A DNA stretch of 63,623 bases, filler included, from Octopus bimaculoides (GCF_001194135.2; 5 parts of 5 records of this genome joined end to end with filler, not necessarily neighbours in it), one strand, 5' to 3'. Positions 41,165 to 55,641 are shown, numbered from the whole stretch's first letter. The notes: generated by a model not told the origin, from the sequence alone. Made by a program: numbers and translations.

Positions 41165-41367
41165 TCACGTTGCTCCAATCCACTCAGCTGGCAGAAACAA
41201 GTTGTACCTGTATTTCAAAGGGACTTGTCACATTCTGTGTCACGGTGAATCTCCCTAAGGTCTGTGCTAATGGTACGCATGTCTGTGGAGTACTCATCCA
41301 CTTGCACATTAATTTTACGCACAGTTTCTTCTGATGATCGAGTCAACTGGAACCTTCGTCGTCGTAA
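41163..41367 (+). mobile_element. SINE family C body/tail truncating the hAT fragment
   Basis: TTTCACGTTGCTCCAATCCACTCAGCTG is shared with the 8345-8375 and 8505-8530 fragments. The hAT frame stops here. Confidence 0.55.
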
Positions 41368-41379
41368 ATATATACGTGT

Positions 41380-41813
41380 GTGTGCGTGTATGAGAGAGTG
41401 TGTGTGAGAGAGAGTGTGTGAGAGAGTGTGTGTGTGTGTGAGGGAAAGAGAATGTGTGTGAGAGAGAGGAAAAGAGAGAGTGTGTGAGAGAGAGTGTGTG
41501 TGTGTGTATGAGAGAGAGAGGGAAAGAGAGAGTGTGTGTGGGAGAGAGAGAGTGTGTGTGAGAGAGAGAGTGTGTGTGTATGTGTGTGGGACAGAGAATG
41601 TGTGGGTGTGTGGGACAGAGAATGTGTGGGTGTGTGAGAGAGAGAGAGCGAGTGTGTGTGTATGAGAGAGAGTGTGTGTGAGAGAGTGAAAGAGAGAGTG
41701 TGTGCATGAGAGAGAGAGATTGTGTGTGTGAGAGAGAGAGGGAAAAGCGAGTATGTGTGTGAGAGTGCGTGTGTATGTGTGTGTGTGTGTGAAAGAGAGA
41801 GAGTGTGTATGTG

Positions 41814-41844
<31 letters not shown>

Positions 41845-41845
41845 T
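41380..41845. repeat. Compound (GA)/(GT)/(GCGT) microsatellite
   Basis: Direct reading. Confidence 0.9.
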
Positions 41846-42550
41846 TGTGTGTTTCAGAAAGTTTGGCAGGATTTCCACGTCGAAACTACAGAATTTGCAA
41901 CTTCAGAGTTTTACAGAATCACCCACATCCCGTGTCCCGGATATCAGAATACAGACCTCACCCTCATACCAGCGTTCAGGACGGTTTTAAAAGTCGACCA
42001 TATATCTGCGCGTGCGTGGTGGCTTGTCGAACCAGCAGACGAAACAAGAGACTCCTCAATGTGGTTAATCCACATGCTTGAAATAACAGTCAGATATTCG
42101 TAAAGTACTTTTTTTTTTCCTAAAGTTTCAATTGTTTAAATCAACCTCCCTCCAAGCAGTAGAATAACAATACCCATAGCGCGTGTGTCAATGCCTGTTG
42201 AACGTGCAGACGATATAAGGGAAGCCGGGCATTCTGGAAATTATAGCCTAATCTCTCTTACGAAATAACGATAGCCATCATCAAAAATATGGAATATCAA
42301 GCACGGATGTCTGGTTAAGAAGCAATCATGAACCAACAGACGAAATGAGAGAAGCCTCAACGTGGTCACAGTGTATGCTAGAAGTAACAGCCAAAGCGCT
42401 ATTTTGGAATAACGATAGCCACTCACGAAAATACTGGGTGTCAAGCATGGGTGTGACGGTAAGAAGACATCAGGCTGGGACACCGCTTCAAGACCTTTGT
42501 TGTTGAATGAATTTTTTTGAAGCCTGTTGCTTATACTATCTGTATCTTAA

Positions 42551-42836
42551 GCTGAACCTCTAAGTTACGGAGACGCAAACACACCGACGCCGGTTGTCAA
42601 ACGGTGGTGGAGCACAAGCAGACAGGGCATACACACACACACATATACACACATACACACAAGCATATATATTTATATACACAACGGGCTTCTTTCAGTT
42701 CTCGACTACCAAATCCACTCACAAGGATTTGGTCTGCCTGAGGTCAAAGATGACAGTTGCCCAAGGTGCCTCGCAGTAGAACCGAACTTGGAATCAAGTG
42801 ATTCAGAAACAAACTTCTTACACACAACTATGCTTA
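42551..42836 (-). mobile_element. SINE family A (head + internal microsatellite + part of 3' module)
   Basis: RC homology to 30302-30570. Confidence 0.85.
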
Positions 42837-42997
42837 TAACCAGTTCCCAGTTGGTTTGGAACAGCACAGTTCATAAATCTGTATCTAAAGATTCCAGAAA
42901 TTCACAGTCTCATTCTCAAGAATTGTTGAATGTATTAACGCAGGCGTGGCTATGTTGTAACAAGCTTCCTTCGCAAGCAAATTTACGAATACATACA

Positions 42998-43040
<43 letters not shown>

Positions 43041-43444
43041 ATAGATAGATAGATACATACATACATACATACATACATGCCATACATATATATATATATA
43101 TATATANNNNNNNNNNNNNNNNNNNNNNNNNNNNNNNNNNNNNNNNNNNNNNNNNNNNNNNNNNNNNNNNNNNNNNNNNNNNNNNNNNNNNNNNNNNNNN
43201 NNNNNNNNNNNNNNNNNNNNNNNNNNNNNNNNNNNNNNNNNNNNNNNNNNNNNNNNNNNNNNNNNNNNNNNNNNNNNNNNNNNNNNNNNNNNNNNNNNNN
43301 NNNNNNNNNNNNNNNNNNNNNNNNNNNNNACAACGTGAAGCATATTTACCACTTAAACGTGGCTAACCACTATGAGTGGATGTTATATATATATTTGTGG
43401 CTAACCACTAAGAGTGAATGCTATATATATATATTTCCCACATA

Positions 43445-43590
43445 TGTGGGAAATTCTGTCTGTGGGTGTGTTTGTGGAGTTGTTAGCTAAGTTCTCCTAC
43501 AGCGTTTTATCAATTTTGATGAAACTTGACACGTGACGAGAACTCATGTCTGGAAACTTCATGGCATGCTCAAATTGTTGAAAAAATCGA
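43445..43590 (+). mobile_element. Possible Helentron/HINE-like fragment
   Basis: CTGTCTGT...ATCAATTTTGATGAAACTTGACAC motif. Confidence 0.35.
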
Positions 43591-44273
43591 TAATAGAAAG
43601 AAACCTTATATATATTTAATATATTTTATTTCAAAAACCAAGGGAAATAACCCATTCATTTTCCTAAATTATTTGGTAAAAATGAACTTGAGTATGCTTA
43701 TTTCTTAGTATTTGAATTGTTAAAGTTATTTTCGCAATTTATCCAGTACAACTCTTAAACAAGTAAATAGTATTTTCCTAAACAATACATCCACTTATTT
43801 CGCTTTGTAACTTATTCACGAATATACCAACACTAGCGCCCCTAAAGGTAATATTCTCTGAGAACGCACAAAAGCCTTTTCAGAATTATTTACTTTGAAT
43901 CGTTACTATCTCATATCTGATTAGCTTGTTATTACATAACATGCTTCACGATTTTAGTATACATATATTTTTGTATTTCCTCCTATATTCTATATACACT
44001 GGGAACGTATTAAAGCCCTTTTCGGTGCTACTATCGGGTAACTAATTTCATGTTATATAACTGTCTTCACATTTTGGGTATTCATAACTTATTGGGAATT
44101 CCTAAAAACAAGATCCTGTGTAAGACTGTTCAGTATTCTCTGTAAATGCGCAAAAACCGTTTTAAGGGCTACATACTTTGTACTGCAGTTATTGACTTAG
44201 CGACACAGTTATGAGAACGGAACCAAGGACAAGCCCCACTTTCCCTGGGAATTACTGGGTACGTCAGCTAGTT

Positions 44274-44306
<33 letters not shown>

Positions 44307-44406
44307 NNNNNNNNNNNNNNNNNNNNNNNNNNNNNNNNNNNNNNNNNNNNTTAATTAATTAANNNNNNNNNNNNNNNNNNNNNNNNNNNNNNNNNNNNNN
44401 NNNNNN
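44307..44406. other. Synthetic assembly spacer N44-TTAATTAATTAA-N44
   Basis: Same 100-nt layout. Confidence 0.9.
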
Positions 44407-44770
44407 GATGGCAAGGACAGGGTAAGAAAGGGAGAGGGAGAGAGCGAGGGGGGGCATTGGAGAGTTGGATTTTGGTGCGGGGGGGGGGATAAGGGGAGGA
44501 GAGGGAGGGAAGAGGTGATGAAAGATGAATTAGAGGGAACGTATGGGAGTTGGTGAGAGAGAGAGAGGGAGAGAGAGAGAGAGAGTTGGTGTGAGATGAT
44601 AAAGTTGGGTCAAACGAAAGGATAGAGAGCAAGATTAAAGTGTATATGTGTGTTAATAGATATTATACACACACACGCATACACACACACATAGACACAT
44701 ATATATATATCTATAGGTATGTATGTATACATACAGACGTATATATTATACTTATATACATATATGATGG

Positions 44771-44803
<33 letters not shown>

Positions 44804-45297
44804 TANNNNNNNNNNNNNNNNNNNNNNNNNNNNNNNNNNNNNNNNNNNNNNNNNNNNNNNNNNNNNNNNNNNNNNNNNNNNNNNNNNNNNNNNNNNNNNN
44901 NNNNNNNNNNNNNNNNNNNNNNNNNNNNNNNNNNNNNNNNNNNNNNNNNNNNNNNNNNNNNNNNNNNNNNNNNNNNNNNNNNNNNNNNNNNNNNNNNNNN
45001 NNNNNNNNNNNNNNNNNNNNNNNNNNNNNNNNNNNNNNNNNNNNNNNNNNNNNNNNNNNNNNNNNNNNNNNNNNNNNNNNNNNNNNNNNNNNNNNNNNNN
45101 NNNNNNNNNNNNNNNNNNNNNNNNNNNNNNNNNNNNNNNNNNNNNNNNNNNNNNNNNNNNNNNNNNNNNNNNNNNNNNNNNNNNNNNNNNNNNNNNNNNN
45201 NNNNNNNNNNNNNNNNNNNNNNNNNNNNNNNNNNNNNNNNNNNNNNNNNNNNNNNNNNNNNNNNNNNNNNNNNNNNNNNNNNNNNNNNNNNNNNNNN

Positions 45298-45363
<66 letters not shown>

Positions 45364-45941
45364 TGTATGTATATAGTGAGAAAGAGGCAAAGAAAGTGGG
45401 GGAGACAGAGAAACACTGAGAGAGATAGACTGACACCAACAGACAGACAGACAGACAGACAGATAGATTGAGAGATTGGTGGTACAGTAGACAGATGGAG
45501 AGTGAGCAGTGCAAATTGATTTCACTGCAACAATAAAAGAGAAAACAAATGCTTTGGAGATTGTCTTGTAAACCCGTGGAGACATCTCTTGTCACAAATC
45601 CATGTACTTGTCGTCTACTTCCGGTGGAACTCTTCAACGTCGCGAAAAGATTTGGTCTTCTGATTCATTTTATCAATATTGGATGCCAGCACTGGTCACG
45701 TTGTCTCGCACACAAATACAAATAAAAAAAAATGTGTATAAATATATGTACGTGTGTATGTGTGTGTGTGTGTTTATGTATGCATGCATATATATCTATA
45801 TTTTATTTATGAATGTAAATATATATACATTCATATACACATGTATGTATCTTTATTAATTCATAAAGATTTTTAAAATATCCACAAACACACATATATA
45901 TGTAAATGCATATATGCATATCTATGTATAAATGTATGTAG

Positions 45942-45985
<44 letters not shown>

Positions 45986-46154
45986 TACGATGAAAATTTT
46001 CTACACAGGCATATGTATTTGCGTTTTTGCATATCCAAGTCATTATCCCAGTCGTTTTTCATGTCTGCATGTATATACCTACACATATATACATATACAT
46101 AAATGTATATGTATGTATGAATGTATGTATGTATAGATAAAATGATAGATATAC

Positions 46155-46215
<61 letters not shown>

Positions 46216-46431
46216 GCACATGTATTAATGGCGTGCATCTGTTCCGTTATATACCAATGTACCTACGTCTTTCCGTCAATTTGGTTTTCAATCTAAATAT
46301 TCAATTATTTATTTATCTATGAACATTTTTTTTATTCATTTATCGCTGTGTTTACTAATTTAACTCTATAAATATATATATATATATATATATCTGTTTG
46401 TCATCTTTATTCATCTTTTTGTTTAATATTA

Positions 46432-46992
46432 TTGCTGTCGGCCGAGTCTGTCGTGAAAGTTGCTCCGCCACCTTCCCTTATTTGGGTAGACAAGGCAGTG
46501 TTCATCGTACTGGTGGCCATGGTGAAAGAATATGTGTGGTGGACACGAGCGAAAGGTTTAGTGACAAACACTTTCCTCTCTGGCCATCAACTTTTTCAAG
46601 CACCACTTAAGAAGTAAGGTGAGAATAGAGAGGCAAGTTTTGTCTCGTGAACGATTCAATAAAAGGTGGGTGAATGTAGCAAAGATGGTACGTGCGAATG
46701 ACAAAACCACTTTGAGCATGATCCTGTAAATCGAAAAATGAGAGGGAGAGAGCACTTTGCTCTCATGTGTTTATTCCCTTCCTGCCTGAGGTTACCGTGG
46801 TCTTTTCCGTAGGCTTTTCGTTGCACGAATAAACCTAATATTTCTTTTTTACATTTTTAATATTTTCTGTGGTACACGACCCCTTTTGATCGGAATTTTA
46901 TTTTTTTCCTTTTTTTCTATTTTCGAAAAGACAAGCTCATAAAATTGTATTTTGCACCCTCTATGTTCGGCCCTCTGTGGCTAATAAAGAAG
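46432..46992 (+). mobile_element. 3' end of a Tx1/L1-like LINE ORF2 plus 3' UTR
   Basis: AVFIVLVAMVKEYVWWTRAKGLVTNTFLSGHQLF / (frameshift) KHHLRSKVRIERQVLSRERFNKRWVNVAKM...IL*, resembling Tx1-clade C-termini (AK..IW..R...F...W). Ends near AATAAAG. Confidence 0.65.
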
Positions 46993-47479
46993 CGTATCTA
47001 GCTGTGTTCCAAGCTATTTCACAATNNNNNNNNNNNNNNNNNNNNNNNNNNNNNNNNNNNNNNNNNNNNNNNNNNNNNNNNNNNNNNNNNNNNNNNNNNN
47101 NNNNNNNNNNNNNNNNNNNNNNNNNNNNNNNNNNNNNNNNNNNNNNNNNNNNNNNNNNNNNNNNNNNNNNNNNNNNNNNNNNNNNNNNNNNNNNNNNNNN
47201 NNNNNNNNNNNNNNNNNNNNNNNNNNNNNNNNNTATATATATATATATATATATATTTCTATCTTTCTATCTCTCTCTCTCTCTTTCTCTCTCTCTCATT
47301 TTTCTCTCTATCTCTCACTCTCCCTCTGTCCAAACTTTGACTTACAACAGTTTAACATTATAGCAGCGATATATATATATATATATATATACACATACAC
47401 ATACATGCATATATAAATCCATGCATACATACATTCATTTATGAATCGGTTTATATATTTCTCTGTATCTATTCATTTT

Positions 47480-47653
47480 TTGCTATCTATCTATCCATTT
47501 GTCTATTTATTTATCTATCTATCTATCTATTTGTCTATTCAACTATCTATCTTTCTATCTATCTATCAATTTATCTATCTCTCTATATATCTGTCTATCT
47601 ATCTATCTATTTATCTATTTATCCATCTATCTATATATCTGTCTATGTATTTT

Positions 47654-47719
<66 letters not shown>

Positions 47720-47725
47720 CATCTA
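47480..47725. repeat. Degenerate (TATC)n microsatellite
   Basis: Direct reading. Confidence 0.9.
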
Positions 47726-48054
47726 TTAGTCTATATGCGCCTCTCTATTGCAACCTTCGTCGCTCCCTGCACACAAACTGTTTTTGTATTTAGTATAGTT
47801 ACGTAGTGTAAAGTGTCATGAAGGCAATTGTCCCGACGAGGGATTCCAAGGTTCACCACCATCTGTCCCATAAAATTATCACGTGATACCGCCAGCACGC
47901 GCCAAAATCTCGTAATGGAGCTTCGAGATTCAGCCATTATCTAAAAAGTGACAGTTCCTTATAAAACTTGATTTTTATGTCTGCATTTGCGTGAATGCAT
48001 AACTTCCACCCATACCACCACACATATTTACGCACATATATACACGTACTTGTA

Positions 48055-48096
<42 letters not shown>

Positions 48097-48228
48097 TATA
48101 CATACATATATATGTACATACATATACACATATATATATACATATATATGTATATATGTATGTATATGTATTTACNNNNNNNNNNNNNNNNNNNNNNNNN
48201 NNNNNNNNNNNNNNNNNNNNNNNNNNNN

Positions 48229-48281
<53 letters not shown>

Positions 48282-49077
48282 ATCTATATATACATATATA
48301 TGTACATATACACACATATATGTGTACGTGTGTGTGTGTGCACAAACACAAGGATATATTTCATACGATATATACCCCACACAACATATGTATGTATGTC
48401 TCTGTATGCATACATACATACATACATACACACATTCATACGTACATACATACATACTTACATACATACATACATACATACATATATACATACTTACATG
48501 CATACATACATATATACATACATGCTTATGTACATACATACACACATATATGCATACATACATACATACATACATGCATACATACATACATACGTACGTA
48601 CATACATACATGCAAACATGCGTATTATATGAATTTAAAGTTCGACCTCACAAGTGGCCCACTGTTTCACCGTGTTATCACAGTCTCGTCAGAGGTCACA
48701 ATGTCAAAATCAACAGCTTTCATCTTATTTATGCAGGTCACATTAAAAAAACAGAAAAGACAACAAAACGACGTAACTGGAAAAAGAAAAAAAACACATA
48801 CACATACACAGTTGGGAGGAAATTGATTTTTAATCAATAAAACAACAATGGAGTCGGCACAGCGCGAACCGTTAGTAAAACCAATATTCCGATTTTAACT
48901 TAACATTCGCTTATAATAGGAAGAAGTAAAGTGTGAAAGCTATTCAAAGAGGGCGGCGCAATGTTTGTAAAGATGGCGGGAGGGTTACTAATAATTATAA
49001 CCAATATTTCACTTCAAATGGTTTAACTATTGAATTAGTATTTAAGAAAACTTAATATCTCGTTTGACCTTTTTAAA

Positions 49078-49300
49078 GTTTTTATTTCTTTTACAAGTTT
49101 TAGCGGTTAGGATTCGGCCATGCTGGAGCACCACCTTTTAGCCGAACAAATTGTCCGCAGTGGTTATTAATTTTTAAGTCAGATAATTATTTGATCCGTC
49201 TCTTTTGCCGAACCGCTGTGTGGCGGGGACGTAAACAAACCAACAGTCACCAAGCGGTGGGGAGACAAACACGGAGATACACACGCAAGCAGACACACAC
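49078..49300 (-). mobile_element. SINE family A 3' module
   Basis: GGCCATGCTGGAGCACC...CTCTTTTGCCGAACCGCT...GGGGACGTAAAC. Confidence 0.85.
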
Positions 49301-49322
49301 ATACAAATAAATACATATACGC

Positions 49323-49379
<57 letters not shown>

Positions 49380-49511
49380 CGTGTGTGTGTGTGTAATGAA
49401 ATAAAATTAAAATAAAACACACAAAAAAGAAAAACACAAGTCTAGAGCACGTTCAGACTTGATATTATTGGGTTGACGCTCGGAGAAAGAAAAAGTTATA
49501 TTGTGCAATAG

Positions 49512-49657
49512 CGGTTCGACAAAAAAGACCGATAGAATAAGTACTAGACTTACAAAGAATAATTGCTGGGGTCGATTTGTTCGACTAAGAGTGGTTCTCC
49601 AGCATGGCCGCTGTCAAATCACTGAACCAAGTAGAAGAGTAAAAGAATAAAAAGAAT
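49512..49657 (+). mobile_element. SINE family A 3' module
   Basis: GCGGTTCG...GATAGAATAAGTACTAG...GGGGTCGATTTG...AGTAAAAGAA. Confidence 0.88.
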
Positions 49658-50557
49658 ATATATAAACGTGTGTGTGTGTGTATGTGTGTATGTGTGTATG
49701 TGCGTGAGTTTGTGCGTGTGTGTGTAGTTTGTGTATAGTGTAATATCGTACGAATGAATAGGTGAGGATGATGCTTGGTTTAAAAATATAGATTCGAAAA
49801 TTCACCGTTAGTTCGAAGAATATTCAGATTGGGCAGCGGCGGCGGTGAAAAGCGTGAAAACATAATTCCGTCTGGCAAATTAAAATTTAAATTTATGAAT
49901 TTAATAACATTGAAATGTTTTAGTCCTCTTTCAGTATCAAAGACTCTAATGAATATAAACGTAACTCTATGAATATTTAAATTTAATATCTTACGTAAGA
50001 TAGAAGTTAACGTACTACTTTTCTAATAATTTATTTCAACAGTCTTTTTACAAGAAAAACTTATACTATATTCTCTTGTAAATTTTAGTTTTGTCTCTTT
50101 AATTAGAGAATTATTTTATATATTCTTTATTTTTTCACTGAAAAATATGTTTTTCAATATATTTTGCCTAATGGTAACTAAATTTAAAACATCAGGCTTT
50201 TTTTTTTTTAAATAACAAATTTAACCGACAGATAATTTAAATGAGTTATTGATTTGAATTATTAATAATAATAACGCTACCCTCTTATAAACATAACACA
50301 ATCCCATCACATCATTTCATATTCTTTTTCTTCTTATTATTAATCGATACAAAATATTATTTCAAGCACGTTATTTCGTTCCGTTAATGTTCTTCAATCT
50401 ATGTCTACGCCGTATTTCAATGTTAGTCGAATGCAAGCTTAACTAATACAGCTTCAACAACATAGATTAAATTAGATTACTCCATTCCTCCATCTTTTTT
50501 TTTCCTTTTTACAGCTAGGCTAAATGCCGAAATGAAACAAATTTGCATATATATATA

Positions 50558-50615
<58 letters not shown>

Positions 50616-51471
50616 CATGTATATATACATGTATGTATACNNNNNNNNNNNNNNNNNNNNNNNNNNNNNNNNNNNNNNNNNNNNNNNNNNNNNNNNNNNN
50701 NNNNNNNNNNNNNNNNNNNNNNNNNNNNNNNNNNNNNNNNNNNNNNNNNNNNNNNNNNNNNNNNNNNNNNNNNNNNNNNNNNNNNNNNNNNNNNNNNNNN
50801 NNNNNNNNNNNNNNNNNNNNNNNNNNNNNNNNNNNNNNNNNNNNNNNNNNNNNNNNNNNNNNNNNNNNNNNNNNNNNNNNNNNNNNNNNNNNNNNNNNNN
50901 NNNNNNNNNNNNNNNNNNNNNNNNNNNNNNNNNNNNNNNNNNNNNNNNNNNNNNNNNNNNNNNNNNNNNNNNNNNNNNNNNNNNNNNNNNNNNNNNNNNT
51001 ATATATATACATTAATACATATATATATATAATATAAATAATATATATATATATGCTTATATACATACCTATATGTACATACTTACAACTATACGTGTAT
51101 ATATATATATATATATGCATATGTGCGCATAGGACTTCACGAAACGTGTACAACAAAAAATACGAAGTATGAGTACATGGAATATGAACTATTCTTTTGA
51201 ACAACGAAAGACACAAATGGAAAACAAGACAAACCACATAAAGAACGACCCTTCATCAGTTGTTAGGTGTTTTTCTACTCTCGAATTTCGAGTATTTAAC
51301 AACAATATACGCTTTTGATAAAACAGTTGCTCCAGCAAAGCAAATTGAATAAAATTTGGGAGTTGTTTCGATGCAACGTAGTTCTCCGAGAATACAAGCA
51401 TTCTTCAGGCGATATACGAGTGTCGTCAGACAGACAGACAGACAGACAGAGGGACAATCGGACGGACGGAC

Positions 51472-51536
<65 letters not shown>

Positions 51537-53203
51537 AAGGTTTTGGTGAGTGTATATATATTTTTATTAATCTAAAGCTGCAGCAAAAGAGTGACTCAAG
51601 GGTCGACAGTTTCGTGTGTTGGTATTTATCAAAGTTGCATAAACAGCTGTGCATGTGTGTATATATATNNNNNNNNNNNNNNNNNNNNNNNNNNNNNNNN
51701 NNNNNNNNNNNNNNNNNNNNNNNNNNNNNNNNNNNNNNNNNNNNNNNNNNNNNNNNNNNNNNNNNNNNNNNNNNNNNNNNNNNNNNNNNNNNNNNNNNNN
51801 NNNNNNNNNNNNNNNNNNNNNNNNNNNNNNNNNNNNNNNNNNNNNNNNNNNNNNNNNNNNNNNNNNNNNNNNNNNNNNNNNNNNNNNNNNNNNNNNNNNN
51901 NNNNNNNNNNNNNNNNNNNNNNNNNNNNNNNNNNNNNNNNNNNNNNNNNNNNNNNNNNNNNNNNNNNNNNNNNNNNNNNNNNNNNNNNNNNNNNNNNNNN
52001 NNNNNNNNNNNNNNNNNNNNNNNNNNNNNNNNNNNNNNNNNNNNNNNNNNNNNNNNNNNNNNNNNNNNNNNNNNNNNNNNNNNNNNNNNNNNNNNNNNNN
52101 NNNNNNNNNNNNNNNNNNNNNNNNNNNNNNNNNNNNNNNNNNNNNNNNNNNNNNNNNNNNNNNNNNNNNNNNNNNNNNNNNNNNNNNNNNNNNNNNNNNN
52201 NNNNNNNNNNNNNNNNNNNNNNNNNNNNNNNNNNNNNNNNNNNNNNNNNNNNNNNNNNNNNNNNNNNNNNNNNNNNNNNNNNNNNNNNNNNNNNNNNNNN
52301 NNNNNNNNNNNNNNNNNNNNNNNNNNNNNNNNNNNNNNNNNNNNNNNNNNNNNNNNNNNNNNNNNNNNNNNNNNNNNNNNNNNNNNNNNNNNNNNNNNNN
52401 NNNNNNNNNNNNNNNNNNNNNNNNNNNNNNNNNNNNNNNNNNNNNNNNNNNNNNNNNNNNNNNNNNNNNNNNNNNNNNNNNNNNNNNNNNNNNNNNNNNN
52501 NNNNNATACATACATGCAAACACACATACACGCATACATACATACATATATATATATACATACATTACATGCACACACATACAGACATATATACATATAT
52601 ACATACACGCATACATACAAGCACATGTATACATACATGCATGTATGCATACATACATAAACGCATACATACATACATACATACATACATACGTACGTAC
52701 ATGCATATATACATTACATACACACATACATATATACATACCCACACATCCATACACACACACACACACTATCGTAACACTTGTATTCTGAATGTTTATG
52801 TAAGAAAGAAAGAAAGAAAGAAAGAAAGATAAAAAGAAAGAAAGATAAAAAGAAAGAAAGAGTAGAAGCGTCGTGGGAGGGAGTGTAGAAGTGACTTTTG
52901 TTTTATTATTATTGGCGAGAGATTAAATAAAGTCTATTGGTGAGCAAACTTCTGTTTCTGGGTGGGGAAAGGGGTGGCGGGTGGCGGCGAATGAAATTAC
53001 TTTATCGATTAGTCAGTCCTGAAAGTTCATTTTTCCCAACATTGACTGCTATTAAGTTGTATAAACAGTCTGGAATGGCATGGAATTAAGAGTGTGGTGT
53101 CGATTCACCTGTGTCACAGAATTGTGTGAGAGGAATTATGGGTACACACGATAATGGCGTTAGGCGCTTTCATAGATAATACAACGTTCAACACACACAC
53201 ACA

Positions 53204-53243
<40 letters not shown>

Positions 53244-54181
53244 TACCTCACGCAAATAACTACACAAAGACCCGAATGCACACACATACACACATATAGA
53301 AGCACACACACGCACACACACACGGGCTGTTTATACATTATTGTTGTNNNNNNNNNNNNNNNNNNNNNNNNNNNNNNNNNNNNNNNNNNNNNNNNNNNNN
53401 NNNNNNNNNNNNNNNNNNNNNNNNNNNNNNNNNNNNNNNNNNNNNNNNNNNNNNNNNNNNNNNNNNNNNNNNNNNNNNNNNNNNNNNNNNNNNNNNNNNN
53501 NNNNNNNNNNNNNNNNNNNNNNNNNNNNNNNNNNNNNNNNNNNNNNNNNNNNNNNNNNNNNNNNNNNNNNNNNNNNNNNNNNNNNNNNNNNNNNNNNNNN
53601 NNNNNNNNNNNNNNNNNNNNNNNNNNNNNNNNNNNNNNNNNNNNNNNNNNNNNNNNNNNNNNNNNNNNNNNNNNNNNNNNNNNNNNNNNNNNNNNNNNNN
53701 NNNNNNNNNNNNNNNNNNNNNNNNNNNNNNNNNNNNNNNNNNNNNNNNNNNNNNNNNNNNNNNNNNNNNNNNNNNNNNNNNNNNNNNNNNNNNNNNNNNN
53801 NNNNNNNNNNNNNNNNNNNNNNNNNNNNNNNNNNNNNNNNNNNNNNNNNNNNNNNNNNNNNNNNNNNNNNNNNNNNNNNNNNNNNNNNNNNNNNNNNNNN
53901 NNNNNNNNNNNNNNNNNNNNNNNNNNNNNNNNNNNNNNNNNNNNNNNNNNNNNNNNNNNNNNNNNNNNNNNNNNNNNNNNNNNNNNNNNNNNNNNNNNNN
54001 NNNNNNNNNNNNNNNNNNNNNNNNNNNNNNNNNNNNNNNNNNNNNNNNNNNNNNNNNNNNNNNNNNNNNNNNNNNNNNNNNNNNNNNNNNNNNNNNNNNN
54101 NNNNNNNNNNNNNNNNNNNNNNNNNNNNNNNNNNNNNNNNNNNNNNNNNNNNNNNNNNNNNNNNNNNNNNNNNNNNNNNNN

Positions 54182-54248
<67 letters not shown>

Positions 54249-54265
54249 CATTATTATTATTATCA

Positions 54266-54326
<61 letters not shown>

Positions 54327-54648
54327 ATGAGAGAGAAGTGCACACCATGAAAGTGACGCTGGGACAAAATTTACGAAGCCCAGTATACTTAACATGACTA
54401 CTTGTCTAATACGAGTACACCTGGCACGTGCATCACAACCATATGTGCGCGACATACTGATATCATATCAAGATAAACAGCTGATGACATCGCAGGTGGG
54501 GACCCAGCTAGAATTTTCTTCAGGCCGAGTAGCCCACTCCGCTCAAAAGATTCCTGAATAAGAGTTGTTTAAGGATGTTGAACGAAACAACAATATTTCC
54601 GGAAGTGAATTACTCAAACGCCAAAGAATTCCTCTCAACACATGGCTA
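54182..54648 (-). mobile_element. Unclassified retroposon-like element (~320 nt) with an (AAT)n 3' tail
   Basis: Unique-looking moderately GC block 54326-54648 directly abutting (TTA)n, consistent with a minus-strand tail. No second copy in the window. Confidence 0.45.
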
Positions 54649-54713
54649 TGTATATATAAATATATGTATATATAAATATATATACATATATATGTATACA
54701 TACACACATATAT

Positions 54714-54776
<63 letters not shown>

Positions 54777-55384
54777 NNNNNNNNNNNNNNNNNNNNNNNN
54801 NNNNNNNNNNNNNNNNNNNNNNNNNNNNNNNNNNNNNNNNNNNNNNNNNNNNNNNNNNNNNNNNNNNNNNNNNNNNNNNNNNNNNNNNNNNNNNNNNNNN
54901 NNNNNNNNNNNNNNNNNNNNNNNNNNNNNNNNNNNNNNNNNNNNNNNNNNNNNNNNNNNNNNNNNNNNNNNNNNNNNNNNNNNNNNNNNNNNNNNNNNNN
55001 NNNNNNNNNNNNNNNNNNNNNNNNNNNNNNNNNNNNNNNNNNNNNNNNNNNNNNNNNNNNNNNNNNNNNNNNNNNNNNNNNNNNNNNNNNNNNNNNNNNN
55101 NNNNNNNNNNNNNNNNNNNNNNNNNNNNNNNNNNNNNNNNNNNNNNNNNNNNNNNNNNNNNNNNNNNNNNNNNNNNNNNNNNNNNNNNNNNNNNNNNNNN
55201 NNNNNNNNNNNNNNNNNNNNNNNNNNNNNNNNNNNNNNNNNNNNNNNNNNNNNNNNNNNNNNNNNNNNNNNNNNNNNNNNNNNNNNNNNNNNNNNNNNNN
55301 NNNNNNNNNNNNNNNNNNNNNNNNNNNNNNNNNNNNNNNNNNNNNNNNNNNNNNNNNNNNNNNNNNNNNNNNNNNNNNNNNNNN

Positions 55385-55433
<49 letters not shown>

Positions 55434-55606
55434 AGAGAAAGAAGTATGGCACGAATATACAAGGTGTCCGCTTTAAGACGCTTGCGTGTTTGGACATGAC
55501 ATTTCAGAGTTTAGAATGCCGAGAAAGTGAACATCGTTTAGAATAACGACAATAGCAAGAACAATAACGAAGCAACAACAACAGCAACAACGAAGACAAC
55601 ACCTAC

Positions 55607-55641
<35 letters not shown>

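Noticed and set aside
41165-41340. Extension of the hAT frame into a BED finger
   Set aside because: This segment matches SINE family C fragments at 8.3-8.5 kb and has stops in all frames.
44407-44632. Purine-rich block next to a spacer, considered as a second Neptune fragment on the minus strand
   Set aside because: There is only compositional similarity; the diagnostic LTYHP/NLRDLLV motifs are absent.
47731-47937. 68-aa minus-strand ORF behind a good acceptor (MAESRSSITRFW...)
   Set aside because: There is no recognisable homology and no clear donor or partner exon.
48965-48985. AAGATGGCGG YY1-like motif
   Set aside because: It is an isolated short match with no supporting promoter context or downstream exon.
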